Assembly (NCBI RefSeq): GCF_009834535.1
Contig: NC_045707.1
Location: 59,522,001 to 59,586,000, forward strand
DNA from: Camelus ferus
Taxonomy: Eukaryota
DNA: 64,000 nucleotides
Direction of reading: 5' to 3'
Made by a program: the position numbers and the translations under genes
Notes under the pieces: model-generated
The model's input: only the letters and a program-made list of their open reading frames with translations
What the model was told of the DNA's origin: nothing
Database searches by the model: none
In this document: positions 49,767 through 64,000 of the stretch, piece by piece
Layout: each line of letters opens with the position of its first letter
Numbering within the stretch: position 1 is the stretch's first letter

Positions 49767-52700
49767 AAGAAGTCCGGGGACTCCTACCCTTTTCTGCCTG
49801 TGAGCTTTGGTGAAGATGAGAAGAGAGGGTAAAAAGGACCAGTCAGGATGCTTTGTAAGTGAGCAGACATTAGCTAGACAGACTGCTGGAGGAGTTCAAG
49901 TACAGAGGGATTTCAACATCACGACACCCAAAAATGAGACACAAGGGATTCCAAATTGTAACACCCATCTCCAACCCACAGTCATGGTCACAGCAACAGC
50001 TGCGAAATCTATCTTGGAGGAGTACACACATAAAAGACACTTCTCTGAGCTCAACTCGAAGTCGGTCCCGAGCTCATCTCCATACAGCAGCCAGGAGGTG
50101 CTTCAGGTTTCATTAAGAGCACACATCATAGGTCACCCTGCACCCGGGAAGCATCGGAATAATGAGCGTCTCTCTGGACCCCTCATAAGAAAGGCTGTAC
50201 AAAAGCAGCTCGAATGGCAGCGTCCGCAGCTCCTGCAGAGTGGATGCTGCCGCAAAGTCTAGTCTCTGTCTCTCCGCCACGTGTATATTCAATAGTGAGC
50301 AGCCTGGTCTCACAGATACATTTCTGAGTGTTGTTAACTCAGCTTCCGACTATGAACGAATGGTTACCCGGGTATGTGGCAGAGAACAGGTATCCCTGCA
50401 ATAAATCTGTGTCCTGCATTTGCAGGGCTTCTCTCTGCCTGTGGCTGATTCTAATCTCTGGCCTCCAAAAAGAATGGTTCCTCCACCTCCTCTCCCTTCC
50501 CTCCCCTTCTTCTCCCACCCACATCCACCACCACCAACTCCGCTACAACCAAGTAAGATGACTTGTCATCTGCTTGCTTTTCCCAAGTACTTTGATACAT
50601 GGTATCACATGGCAAGTCTTCACACATGCATTTGATTTAAACCCGTAATAATTTGCAACATATGTATGACTTTTCTTGCTATAAATGAGAAACTTGAAGA
50701 AAGAGAAAGTAACTTGCTTCAAATCATACATATAGTAAAACTTAGAGAAGACAGACTCAAAGTGGAACCCTGGCTTATGTGACTCCAACATTTGGTGGCT
50801 TTTGAATCTCCTTTCCAAACGTTTGCTGCTGGTATGGCTCTCCACAAAGCCACATGTTTGACACAATGGTGAAGGTAACTGGGTAACACCCTGAAATGTG
50901 GGTTTCCATCTTCCTCAATGAGCAGAATATAAATGGGGATAATATCACACAAGACACTCAGTATTCAGTACACTGTATACTCTCTCCTTCGGCATCCTAC
51001 TTGGCACCATGCTTCTGAGGTGATGTAAGAATAGATTTTAATTCCTGATTAGAAAACATCTACATTTTGCAGACTTAAGTTTTAGTTATCTCATTTTCCA
51101 AAAAAAAAAAAAAAAGATAACTTGGATGACCTGGGAAAGATGCCAATCTAGTTCTAAAATTAATACATGGAGGTAAATGCGGCAGTCACAACAGGCATAT
51201 GGGAAGTTTAGAGAAAGATGATGGCTTCAAGAGCTTAGGGCCATGTGGCCAGCAGTGATACCAGTCTGTGAGAGGAGCAAGGGACACCTCAGTCAGTTCT
51301 CTCTCCTTCACTGAGTTATGTGCTGCTTAGAGCAAACCAGCTTTCACTCATGAAGCAACAGAAAATACACAAAGTAACAACAACAACCAAGATGACACCA
51401 GCATCACTCTTTCCAAAGTAGTCACTGCATAGCAGACACTGTGCTCAGCGACATACATGGTCCCTGCTAAATATGGGACAGCTTCAGCATCACAGATCAT
51501 TATGGAAGGAAGGGACTGATGAATCAACGTGACCGTGGCAGTGAGTGTGGTGAATAATTAACTTAGACTCTCATTGTGCAATGATATACCGAAATACGTT
51601 GAATATTTTGAAAGTTAAAAAAAAGTAGCATTCAAATTTAAAGATGTCTTGCTACCCACTGGCCCCTTGTCACCTCAGCACACTGTCTTCCATAAACGAT
51701 GGCTTGCAAAATAGCTCAATCATCCATTTTATGATGACTCAGCAAAAACATGGGATAGCATCACAGGGACCCTAGAGGCACTGTCCATCCTGCACACGCA
51801 CATACTGTACCATTTGTAATGGGAAAGTGCAGCTTTGTGGAGTATTGCAAAATGCAGGGAGGCTTCAATTTACCAGCCAGTTTTTTTTTTAAAGTATGTA
51901 ATGCATGTACAGGCATGTATAATATGCATACACCTCAGTGTGCGGGCATGCACACATACATAAACAACATACATGCCCAAGTTTGTTTATTCAGATCCCT
52001 TGATTTATGTACCTAATTATTTTGCCTCATGAAAATTCCTAAGATTAACCTGAAATTATCATGTTAACATTATATTGTATATTTGTGTAAATATTAAGGA
52101 AATAAAGCAAAAAGTCATGGTGGAACACATAATTAAAACCTGAGAAAAGGAATATAATAAATAAAACATACGTGCATCGCCTTGAAAAGAAAGTAAGACA
52201 GTTCAGTTCTTTGATCTTATAGTAATTTCAGGGTGATTAAAAAAAAAGTGTGTGAGAACTGCATAACTATGTTTTAACGGTCAAATTCCATGACTAATAC
52301 TGCATTCACGTAAAACCTACAGTTTTAAAAAGTTCAACTTCAATGTTGCCAAATTCTCCGTATCAATCCTACTGAATCTATGTTGAGTGTAAATGAAAGA
52401 AAGTGCTTCCACACTGGAAGATACTTCGTTAGAATCCAGGAGGACAGAAGAGGAATCTCCTCTTCTTTAGATGAACAGGTACAAGGTAAGAACCACATGG
52501 GAGAAACAATTAAGAAGACGGTAGCAGGCCCGCTGGTACTGTGGCATGTTTCTTAGCAACACGGAAAAACATCCCTTTCACAACAAACTCTGTCAAGGAA
52601 TTACTGTTTACAGATCATAATTCAGAAACTGAATTCCAAATAAAGCTAGAGATATTTACAACCCTAGTAATACTAAACTGTTCAGCCTTTTTCACATTTA

Positions 52701-55700
52701 TCACCTACGTTTTATAAAACAAGAATTATTTCTTAATTTAATTTGCTTCAGGCATGTAAAATGTATGTTCAAATGAACCAGGGTATTTTTTTTTTTTAAA
52801 AGATCCTTGATTTCCAGTGAACAGATATTTGGTTTTTCTTTAAAGCGTATCCCTGTCTAGAGTAATCACCTAGGCTGCATGGGCCAGTTGACAAATGCTG
52901 GTGTCAGAGCATATTTTTCATAGTCAGTTTCTGAGTGGCAGGTCACCGAGAGAAGAAACTCAGACTCGCACAAGAAATGCTTCCCTGCAAACAATGGTAT
53001 CTTCATTTCACCATTTGTTCTGAGAAATTTGTTCCCGCTTTCCGACAGACTGGCAGGATGGTATTACTTTCCATTTTAACATTTCTATTTCAGCCTTCTC
53101 TGCAAGTGATAATTAATCTGTGGCCATGTTCACTGACATTTTAATTCATTCGGTGAGATGAGCAAACTATTTTTTGAATGGCATTATTAAAAAAAATGGT
53201 ATTAGACGCATTTGAAGTGCAATTTGTGATTCTCTATTGATTTCCTTTCATTAGGTAAGTCACACAATTTGCAAATAAGCTCTTTTTACAACCCCATACA
53301 TGCGAAATGCTACTGGGCTTTCAACAGTATGTTTTTTAAGAAAGAAGTGAAATTATTTTCAGTGTGAATAAACATTTAGTGTCTATTACAAATTCTCAAG
53401 ATTCCTCAATTGAGTCATAACTCATCATCTGAGACTTGTTATAAAAAAAGTGGGAAGTACATTTTCACTTAGAAGCATTCAGGGAGCACATTTACAGACA
53501 GTCTGGTTAATTTTTCAAGTAAGAATAATTTATTAAATTTAAATATTATAATTTCTATTAACTAAAAAGGAATGGCAATTAGAATACTCAAGTTAATACC
53601 TTCTGAATTATGTCATTATACTACTGCAATCTTTGAAAATTCTTGTTTAATTTTCACCTTACTTGGTCACTCCCAGGATATATGTACAAACTAGTTTGTC
53701 ACAGAGATCGACCTGTCAGCAGATGGAATCTTATATTTTCATATTTTATGTTACCAGTACAAATTTCCATGTCAAAAAGGTCAAACAAAACATGCTCATC
53801 CAAAAAAAAAAAGTACCACTGGAAGAGCCAAAAGGCTAAATTATAAATTGTTTCATATGTAACATTAATTTTTATTTTGTTTGCTCTTGTAATTTAATAT
53901 TTTGGAAATAGAAGCTAGCATGACACAACGATTAACTTAGAAGCAGTGATACTGGATTACTGACATGAAGCTCTAATTCCATGTTAACAGAAAATGCCAT
54001 ATAGCATGTAAAACAAACTCCAGATGGCTGGCTGTATTATATCCTATAATGTGATCCATGCTTTAATTAGTATCGGCAGTTTACAGGCATTTAATGCCTA
54101 CACTTGATGTATCAGAAATATTTGTGAATGGGAGATCATACACTTTAAATGTTTTGGAATTTTACATAGTTGGAATTAAAAGTAATGGCTAATTCACCAT
54201 GAAAGCTCTTGTCTTTTGCTGTCTACAGGCACCTAAGGAGCTATGCTTATTACCGTCAAAAGCCTCATAATGCTTGTCATCTGTCTCCACCTTGTGGTTA
54301 CTGTAAAGATTGCTACTTTCTAATTTTGCACTGCATCCTAGACAGACCTAAAAGAGGCTGAATGGCTGTGGAAAAATATGAATACTTGGTTACCTTTGGA
54401 TTTTTTTCTTCTACACACCAGATATGTAGAAAAGCATCTGATGTGGCAGAAAAACACATTATGATATCAAAGTGTTAGGGCATCCAGAGCACTTCTAGGT
54501 CTCTTTCCTAATGTTATTATTCATTTCTTGCAAAAATATTGTATAACTGTAGTATCACGTAGCCAAATTGGAACCCTGAGCAGTCCACTCGGCAAATCTC
54601 TGTCTAAACACACCTAGTTGCCCTTAGAATTTCACGGCACATACAGGCCTTGTAAGATGCTTTCTAGGAAAGTTACAAAATAAGGGAGATGTTCTTCCGA
54701 TGAGAAACTGTAGTCCCCTACCTCGCTTCAGAAGTATAAGTCTTCAGTGATGTTTCTTAGTTTCTCAAATCAAAGGTTTTATACTTTATTTTAAAGCCAA
54801 AATCCTAACTTCCAAATATATACTATTTTCTTCTTTTCTCATTCAACTCAAGAACTGGAGCTATTACAGGAATCAAGATACACTGCTTTGCTGACCAGGG
54901 ATTTGCAGCCTGTCCAGTTTTGTTTTAATGAGTAGGGCATTTCCATAAAAGTGTCTAATTCATAAATCACCCCTGTCAATTCATGTCTGAGTAAGAGAAG
55001 TCTCATCAGATCATTTCTATGAAACAATCTGAAATGACCTAATAGGAGCAAAGAAGTTTCTACCTGGTTGAATCAGTGGAACCAAATTTGCCAGCTGTTC
55101 AACTAAGTCTATTTGTCACTTTTGAATTTCATGTCTTGTTTCATGGAGAGTTAAATACTATGAAGAGAAGTTTTAATGATTTGAAAACACTCCATCATAA
55201 TCTGTCAGAATGCCAGAGCCCCTCACTCAGTCACACTGCTCTCAACAAGATAGGTTCTTGATTTTCTCATGGTTTCGATGTAAACAGCACCACCTCCCAC
55301 TTGTAGGCAGACTCCACAGGGATGTCTCAAGTCAGCACCTCTTTAAATACACACTGTGCACATTACAGAGAACTGCGTATCATAGAGTGAATACAGCTTT
55401 AACAGACTTCCACTAACTGTCCTTTCTTTCTGTTGTGATTTGATACGTCTATCACACACGCTTTCAAGAAAATAAAACAAACATAAATAATTTGTCTCTT
55501 ATAGGAGAAACTCAGGTCATTATACTTATCTATCCTGCTGCTTTTCAAAGATTAAACATCCTTCATAATTATGTCTTAATTTTTGACACTCCAACCGTTA
55601 ACTGCCTAAAACATTTATGGGACTGATGTTAACTAAAACTATGGATTCAACAAAATTAAGTATGGATTTATAATTTCAGGATAAGCGTTCATAAAAACAT

Positions 55701-56011
55701 CAGAAGACAAGTGAAAATGCTATTTATACACATCCAGGAGGAACTCTATTTGAGAAACAGATTTTATACTTGGAGATAGAATTAACCATTTTAATATAAA
55801 TGACTTTATTTCCTGAAAATGTTCTTTAGGTAAGAAAGGTCCTGTAAGAAAGCAGGAATTCAGAAGGAGACAGTAGGTAATATCAGAAATTTCACTGCTA
55901 GCATTCCCATTCCCAGTGCTGTAACACTGCTTAAATACTAGATTTAGCATGTCATTTACGAGACCCATTCTCTAGGCTTGTGTCATAATGATGTAATGGG
56001 CGAACACTTAC

Positions 56012-56151
56012 CTTTTTCACTGCCATTTGCATAATTTGGAGGCTTGTTTTTGTCAATGCTGTTAAAGCTCTGACTTCTCCTATTTAAATTGGAGGCTCCC
56101 TGGACCTTGCTGCTGCTGCCTGCAGTTGGCACCCTAGAGGGACCTGGAAGC
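56012..56151 (-). CDS. NAV3: NAV3 internal coding exon (~exon 7, 140 nt), (R)LPGPSRVPTAGSSSKVQGASNLNRRSQSFNSIDKNKPPNYANGSEK
   Basis: Acceptor tttcag|G and donor G|gtaagt. Phase 2 to 1, compatible with both neighbours. Contains the NAV-family RRSQSFN motif. Confidence 0.95.
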
Positions 56152-56679
56152 CTGAAATAGTATAAGAAAAATTACATCATTATTGTATGTTATGAAAAGA
56201 TAGGGAACGGGAGGCTCTGAGCAAGGAAGAGTTAATGGGAAAAATCATAATTTATGATGTTCTAAAACCTACTCAGCAGAAAATGGTGGTTTAAGTGACA
56301 AGTGGCTAAACACAAGGCTTGAGAATCTTCAGCAAATCTTGTTTCATAGATTAAAATTTGCCTCCAAAGTATATTAATAATGCAGGGTAATTAGAAATAA
56401 ATTGATCTCCAAAAAACTCATGCTTATCACAGCCCTGATGAATAAAACTGATTTAAAGGCACTATAACAATTACATGAAAAGCAAAGGAAATAAAACTAC
56501 TTTACTATATTCTCAGGATATTAATCAGCTGCCTTCAGTTGCTGTTAAGGTGTTCTTCTCAACGTGTGGGGACATTGTTGTTTTCTTAAGTAGCTGTATT
56601 CTAAACTAACTTGCACATTAATACGAAGAAGAACAAAGTTATAGCGCAAATTGCAAACAGCAAACGCTTATGGAATATC

Positions 56680-56935
56680 TAAGCTAGTCAGTTAATCTAA
56701 AACATGGTGTGGAGGCCAAGGTCATGAGTTTGCTCATACTCAGCTGACCTGTCTCATGTGAAAACTTTCATCCTCTTGCCAAAAGTAAGCACCTAGACTT
56801 TAGCTGGTTATCCCTAATGAAGTGTGGCCAACTGATCACGTAGGTCACATGACAGGAAAGGGTGCAGGTCTCAGAAGAAAATCTCTATTAGTCAAATGAC
56901 ACTTTAAAAGGTATATACAATGAGAGCACCTTCAG
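56680..56935 (+). mobile_element. Ancient tRNA-derived SINE (MamSINE1-like), highly degraded
   Basis: aacatggtgtggaggccaaggtcatgagttt resembles the recalled MamSINE1 head. Confidence 0.35.
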
Positions 56936-59337
56936 CTGCCCTTTGGGTAGGAAAGACAGAACATGGGAAAATATATGCAGACTACCTTAAAATTAGAGGA
57001 CATTAATGATCTCCAGTTATTTTATTTGATCTATAATCATACATCAGTTTGGATCATTTATTTCACTGTTTAAACAGTTTCCACATTAAAATGTCGAGTA
57101 TCAATTATTTCAAGAATTGTGCCTAAAATATGCAATTACTATATTTTATTTCATGTCATCAGCATATATTCTGTATGTATAATAAACTCAGTTCACATAA
57201 ATTAAAAACTGGAAATTAAGAACTAAGATTAGCATTCTAAGACACGTTTAAAGACATGACATGAAGGGCTGCTAGCATCTTTGCTAGTATTTGCTGCCAC
57301 CATGTGACTGTCACTGTGTACTGCTCTAATAATTTCTATTTTAAAAGAAAAATAAACAAAAACAATCCAGAACTTATAAATGTAGCAATAGATTTTTTTT
57401 TTACTGTTCTCCTTTACAAAATTTTTAAAATAAAGGAGCCAATATAACAGATTGTTATATTGCCCAATACCACAATTTCACAATCAGTTGTTACAATATT
57501 CAAATTTTAACTCACCTTTATAATACTACTTAACATATCATCTCCATAGATTACTAGGAAATCAAAGACTTAACTATGTACCATAGACATTTTAAAAATA
57601 GTAAAAAGATTGCAAAATGGAATGAACATTGGGAAAACACAGATACCAGCTTTAAAACAGGAATGTTGATATCTTGGAATAGTTAATAGTTTCAAAATGT
57701 TGACTGTATTTTGGAGTTTAAATACATATGGTTAGTAAATAGTTCCTTCAGCTAATTTGCTAGAGGTTATGTCATCCACAAGATCAGAATCTTTTCCAAA
57801 TGACTCCAGCATTTAACTTTTGCTCAAATGGGTCTACAGGGTTTGTAAGTATAGCACGATAACCACAGACACCAGGAATTTTGAGTACCAGTGATTGCAC
57901 TGTGTAGAAAGAACTCAATGAATTAATTTGGCAAAATGTCCCAATCAAAATAAACCTGAGAACTAGTCCTGCAGACACAGCTATAGACTCAGAAACTTCG
58001 TTCCAAATTCACATGTATAAACAAATTTTGTCACAAAATGTGCCTTGCTTGCAATGAAACTTGACCTGTTTCTAGAAAGCAATTAGAATGCATTTTAATG
58101 TTTACTGTGACCCATGAAGCCAAGTGATATTTAGTTCTCAGAAGAACAAATTAAAGCAAATTAAAAAATCCATTTGCTCTTCTCATTAGCCTAATTTGAC
58201 AGTCAGCCAGAGTGCCAGATCATTCATCAAAGTAATAAAAAGAGAAATGAGAACAGAGTCAAAAAAAAAGAAAGAAAGAATGAAAAAAGAGCGATGTTCT
58301 ATTAAATCAAAAAGTACTTAAAATATATTTTACATTCATAAGTCTTAGAAGTAATAAAAAATTGTTACTGAACATGGCAGGTCACTGTTCTTTGCACATC
58401 CTAATTTGTATCATTTCTTCTGATTTTTTAATTAAATACCTTTTTAATTTGCCTCTCCAGAATCATTTTAATTACTATGGAAATGAACATAGAAAACCAA
58501 GGCAAAGGGAAAAAAGGCACATTCTTCAAGTCAAGGCATCGTAAGCAGTCCCTGTGGTCAAACACTGCATCGTATGACTCACTATTACAATACTGACTAG
58601 CAAACCACCGCTGAGATACCTCCCCTGTGAGTGAGATGGCACATTTAATCACATAATAATCAGGGGTGCAAAACACATTTGCTGTGGCCTCACTTAGCTG
58701 TACCATCATGCCTTCAGCAACTTAACATTTAAAAGTAATCAAACCCTGTCCACACATTTTTATATACCGGTATTTTCCAAACAGTACATAATGCATCGAC
58801 ATTTATTAAAATAGGCTGTATTTGAAATACATATGTCATAAAGAAGGAACAATTTAAACTCTTATAGATACAAGAACAGTCTAGGCTGATCTGGTGCTAA
58901 CTTCCCCCAAAAAATCTGCCATGTTTTTCAATTCTGCTTCAAAATGTGCAATCATTAATGCATGCTCATTTCAAAAAGCAATTACAATCTTGTTGTATAA
59001 CTTCTGGATTTTGTGACCTGGAAAGAACGGGGTCTGCAAATTTAACTTCTTCCCTTGACTTTCTCTGAGCCTAGAACCCAGACTTCAGCCCAGTCACAGC
59101 ATGATATATAACGAGCCTAAAATAGAAGAACCCAAACCCATGTAATGATCTAACACAACACATTCATCCTCGAGAAGGATGTCTGGAAATTCGCTTGGAA
59201 GAATTCAGTACTCTAAACTTGTCATCCAGAAGTAGGTCATTTTTTGAAAAAAAAAAATTTAGAATGATAGGACAAAATATCACGGGGCATTTACTTTATT
59301 ATTACTAACAAGCAATAAATTAGAGATATTAACTGAC

Positions 59338-59406
59338 CTAGTAGGCTTTTTTTGACTGGTTGCAATTCCACTGTGATTAGACTGAGTTGCATATCTGGCT
59401 GCCAGA
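59338..59406 (-). CDS. NAV3: NAV3 internal coding exon (~exon 6, 69 nt), (S)LAARYATQSNHSGIATSQKKPT(R)
   Basis: Minus strand reads ctcatacag|TCTGGCAGCC...CCTACTAG|gtcagt. Phase 2-2. The translation matches the recalled NAV3 peptide. Not in the ORF track. Confidence 0.93.
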
Positions 59407-62394
59407 CTGTATGAGGAGAAACAGAGAAATTGAATTAAAGAGATTCTTTGAACATGGAAAGAAAGTACAAACTTACAAGAAAACTATGAGTTAATGAAAT
59501 GCAATTGGAACATGTATAAACGTGAATAAAGGATAAATTAATTAGAAAATTATGATAATGCAACATATACACCATGACCTTTGATTATGAACATACCAGG
59601 AGATAAGGCAGGGTACCACTGGTAATAAAGTGTGTCATCCATGACTTTAAAATAATGGCTGTGTGATGTTATTAATATTATTTTAAGTAGTAGTATTCCA
59701 TCTTATAGAAAATCCAACCTTTGTAAATGACAATGAAAACATCAGGAAAGCTAGTTTGACTTACATGATAGAAAGATCTCTTTCTCAAAAAGGTTAAAAT
59801 GAAAAGAAGGGTATGAAATGAGAATCAGTATTTTCTTTAATAGACTCTTCTAATATACTGTTTTAATCTAAATATTATTTTGAAAACCAAATTATTAAAA
59901 TATTTGGTTTTTACCTAATAATTTCTGGTTGACCTCTAGTCCTAGACAGAAGGTTTTAAGGAAGTTATCAATACATGACATTTCTGGAGAGAAAGATCTA
60001 TGCAAAAATTGAGATTACATGGAGTTATGTTTCAAAAACAAAATGCACAACTTGTGATGACAATTTCTGGGCATCTTGAATTACAATTCTTGATGATTTT
60101 AAAAATCAAAACCTTTGTCAAAAACACACCCAAAAGCATTATTTAAACCAAGTTGTGAGGAGCAATGGGTAATTTATAAACAAAATGAAGTTGTGTTTTA
60201 ATTTAAACTGGTTTCTAAATTTCCTAATGGTTCTGACATTAGTGTGCTGACCCAGCAGACCTGGAACATGTTCACGGGCCCTGTGATGGCCACGGATTGA
60301 CGTCTGAGTGGAGAATCACTTTTCTGGTGAATTGTGAGGCTATGTGAACCCAGCTGCTGTGCACGCGCAGTTTCCAAGGCCTCCAAGGAAACAGGAACAG
60401 CACGGAGGTGTTGGGATCGGGGTGGAAGGGACATGGGGAGCCCTGCTGAGGCAGACCCAGGTGTTTTGCTGCCCAGCACAGGGTATTTCATCAAGGGAAG
60501 GATTCCTTAAGAAGGTGACATGTTTCCTAAGTTAACTCTTCCTCCATGGAGTCAGTCTGGTGGGCAATACAGGTCCTGGCTAGAGAGGGATAAATTCTCA
60601 TATCTAGACAGCTTTGCAGAGCACTTGTTTTTCACACTGGATATGCGGTATATTCTTACTTGTGTACAGTGCATTGTCTCCTAACTGCACGAGGCTCTGA
60701 GACAACTGGCCACAGGTGGCCAAACTACATCAGCAACCATCACATCAGAGAACAACTGTAAACATAAAAACCAAAATGTTTCAAAGAAATGAGATACTAA
60801 TTCAAAATTTAAATTTAAAATCACCCAATGTAGAAAAAAAATCTGTGAACTTCCCAGTCTACTTTTTCAGCCCAAGAATAAGAGAACTACGCAAAGGTTC
60901 ACCACTAAGTCTTTTACTCTGTACCCTTCAAATTGAACACAAATATCAGCAGAAGAGATGCCAAACAGTGTACATGTGGGACTGAAGCCACCCCACTGAG
61001 TTTTCTTCCACAATTTTAAAGACGTATCATAATTTCTAGTATAGAAATGGAAAAACAAAAATAAAATCTACAGAGGTTAATCAACTTGGTTAAAATCAAT
61101 TTGGTTTTGTGGCCCACATGGATTTTCTAATTGATAATGAGCAAATATTCTACTTCTTGCCTATATTTTTGTACTAAACCCTCCTACTTTCATGCTTTGA
61201 AACCCAGCTTCTGCCCTGCAATCCTCTTAATTGTGAAACTGTTATTTGAAGCACACAAGAGTTTTATAAAATTCTCACCATATTCTAATATCTTTGTATT
61301 TGGTCATGTTGTTCCTTCTGCCTTCCTCAGTCTCTATCGTTTGTAACAAACACTAACAAACTCACTTGATTTGCCCACTATCATTCTTGTCCATCTTCTC
61401 TTTTCTTCACCAGACCCTCTTCCCTTACCCATCTCCTAAAGACATGTTTTTTTCATATGCCATCTTTCCTCAAACACTTGTATGCATTCTTTCATTTGAT
61501 TCTTACCTAAATTTTCAAGTAAAATCTACTAGAAACTAGAGTTAATGTCTGCATCATACTCCCAGTCATCAATATCAACTGAACAAAAGACTTATCCATT
61601 TCCATGACCTTCAAAATCAATTACCTCATGAAACGCACCATTTTTCTTTTTTCATCCCCTCTGAGTTCTAATCAGATCCTTTCTTTCATGTTTTAATTTC
61701 TGTTCACAGGATCATCATTTTCTTTAGGCTTTGGGGCTTGAAACCTCAACAGTCAACTCTTCCCTTTTCCTTCCTTTTAATTATTGTGGATGTGCAATCA
61801 ATACCCTGCCATGCTGATTCAATGTCTACAAATTTATTCGCATCTGTGTTCTCCTTCAATTTTCACATGTATCACACTACCTCAAGCCCAACACTTTCCA
61901 CAATGCCTCCCACTTCCTTTATTTTTCTTAATTTTTCACCTGACTCTGGCTCCCCATGTAGGAGAAATGCATTTTTTCACACAGTGCTTGTAATACCATT
62001 TCCCTAGCTTCAGATTTACAAACAGACTCTAACAAAGCAGGTAAGTAGGTTCAGCTAATGCAACTTATTAGTGAAATAGACACAAGGGACATGTAGACAC
62101 AGCTCTGAGGCAGGTGGGAGCAGATAAATGGAGTGAGAACACCAATAAACTAAGGATTTGCAGACATCTGGTTGGAAGATTTTGTATTATTTTCCTGAAA
62201 TGTCATATGAAATTCCCTCAAGCTAATGGGTGGCAAAAAGTATCAGAAACAAAAGTAAAAAAAATAAACATTTTGAGACTCACTGTGGGTTCTACTAAAG
62301 GAAGTATCTGCTCATCTATCTAATAAAATAAAGTATCAAGGGAATGCTTTTTATTTCCCCTAACATGAAAGGGAAGAGGAGATTAGAGACAGTC

Positions 62395-62397
<3 letters not shown>

Positions 62398-62425
<28 letters not shown>
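62398..62425. repeat. Poly(A) run
   Basis: About 28 consecutive A. Confidence 0.95.
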
Positions 62426-62429
<4 letters not shown>

Positions 62430-62599
62430 GAAACTCATCTGGTGTTCAATACACAGAAGGATCCAAACTGTCAGAACTATCTAATTCAGCTTCAGTGCAA
62501 ATCCCCATGTGGAACTGTAATATCCATTTATTATAAGGAAAGAAAGCTTCTCTAAATAAACAGATCCTGAATTGTGATGACTTATTTTTATTAGCCACC

Positions 62600-62755
62600 A
62601 AAGCCCCAAAGTGTTGTCCACAGACCAATAAAATTGGCATCACCTGGCCCTTGTTAGAAATGCTGAATCTTAGGTCTCATCCCAAATTTACTGAATCAGA
62701 ATCTGCATTTTAACAGGATTCCTATGCAAAATAAAATTGTAGAAGCTGTGCTCTA
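62600..62755. mobile_element. MER5B-like DNA transposon
   Basis: Reads ggcatcacctgg...ttgttagaaatgctgaatct...tactgaatcagaatctgcattttaacaggattcc. Confidence 0.8.
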
Positions 62756-63232
62756 TAGAATATCCACAAATGTTTAATCTTGGAAGAAAAAACACATTTT
62801 TCCAAAGTCAAAGAGTGCAATCTATACATTTCAAATTATGCCTCATTTTCTGTCCTTCTGCTGCTTTAGATACTGTTGACACCCTCCTTCTTGTAGAAAT
62901 CCTCACCTCACTTAGCTTTCTCAATGCAACGCTCTCTCTCGAACTGCTCTTCCTCCTTCTCAGATACAGGTCCACTCACTATCCCTATCTCCTACATTTT
63001 GTACCATGGCCATGGATATTTTCAAAAGCATAATCCTAGGCATCAGATAATCTATTCCTCTATTCTTTTTATATCAAATCTTCATTCTATACTTCAATCT
63101 CGATTCTAAACTCAGAGGATCTTTAGTAAATATCTCGATGTCTCCTAGATCAATCAGCTACATTTCTCCCAGATATCCCCAAAATGTTCAAGCCTTAACT
63201 CATTCTTCTTCTTTCAATCATCCCCTCTCTCA

Positions 63233-64000
63233 ATAACTCTCCCAGACTTCAGACAATACTATATAGCTACAAGTAATCAAGACAGCATGGTATTGGTACA
63301 AAAACAGACATATGGACTGATGAAACAGAATAGAGAGCCCAGAAATGAACCCACAAACTTTTGGTCAACTAATCTTCGACAAAGGAGGCAAGAATATACA
63401 ATGGAATAAAGACAGTCTCTTCAGCAAATGGTGTTGGGAAAGCTGGACAACAGAATGTAAATCAATGAAGCTAGAACACTCCCTTACACCATACACAAAA
63501 ATCAACTCAAAATGGATCAAAGACTTAAACATAACACAAGATACAATAAACCTCCTAGAAGAAAATAAAGGCAAAACATTATCTCACGTACATCTCAAAA
63601 ATGTTCTCCTAGGGCAGTCTATCCAAGCAATAGAAATAAAAGCAAGAATAAAGAAATGGGACCTAATTAAACTTACAAGCTTCTGCACAGTAAAGGAAAC
63701 CATAAATAAAACAAAATGACAACCTACAGAATGGGAGAAAATTTTTGCAAAAGATGAAACCGACAAAGGCTTGATCTCCAGAATATATAAGCAGCTCATA
63801 TGACTTAATAAGAAAAAAACAAACAACCCAATCCAAAAATGGGCAGAAGACCTAAATAAGCAATTCTCCAAGGAAGACATACAAATTATCAATAGGCACA
63901 TGAAAAAATGCTCAGCATCACTAATTACCAGAGAAATGCAAATCAAAACTACACCAGTCAGAATGGCCATCATTCAAAAGTCCACAAATGGTAAATGCTG
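63233..64000 (+). mobile_element. 5'-truncated, inactivated L1 ORF2 fragment (post-RT region), running off the window, antisense to NAV3
   Basis: ORF 63345..63719 NPQTFGQLIFDKGGKNIQWNKDSLFSKWCW...LTPYTKINSKWIKDLN...WDLIKL is typical L1 ORF2p. It has premature stops and an apparent frameshift. Confidence 0.95.

Noticed and set aside
49807..50262. 151-aa plus-strand ORF in a mildly CpG-rich stretch
   Set aside because: Non-ATG start, no recognisable domain or splice context. Possibly an old LTR remnant that I could not assign.
52447..52467. 9-bp perfect hairpin AGAAGAGGA-ATC-TCCTCTTCT
   Set aside because: Too short for a pre-miRNA and within chance expectation for low-complexity purine/pyrimidine sequence.
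60323..60332. Perfect p53 half-site GAACATGTTC
   Set aside because: No second half-site adjacent, and single decamers are common.
63345..63973. ORFs of 124, 69 and 129 aa near the window end
   Set aside because: Sense and antisense frames of a decayed L1 ORF2, not host genes.
1..64000. CRISPR array, prokaryotic operon or defence system
   Set aside because: No regularly spaced repeats and no dense ORFs. The window is intron-rich mammalian sequence, and the remaining short ORFs are consistent with chance or repeats.

Overview
This window is mammalian nuclear DNA, probably camelid, judging by two tRNA-Ala-derived Vic-1-like SINEs. It lies entirely inside NAV3 (neuron navigator 3), which is transcribed on the minus strand. 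Seven canonical coding exons (about exons 6-12 in human numbering, recalled from memory) have GT-AG boundaries and splice phases that join into one open frame. The most interesting feature is a 520-nt coding stretch in the intron between exons 9 and 10 (22547-22028). It has its own Kozak ATG and an ideal donor in phase with exon 10, and it resembles the first coding exon of the paralogue NAV1, which suggests a NAV1-like short NAV3 isoform from an internal promoter. The rest is intron with ordinary LINE, SINE, LTR and DNA-transposon remnants. It also carries several small, readable insertion and repair scars: a TSD-flanked composite L1/SINE insert, a tail-only insert, an unidentified 71-bp retro-insert, and a templated insertion into a MIR. 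There are no prokaryote-type systems. Repeat family names and all cross-species comparisons come from recalled consensus or protein sequences, not from searches, and repeat boundaries are approximate unless TSDs are given.
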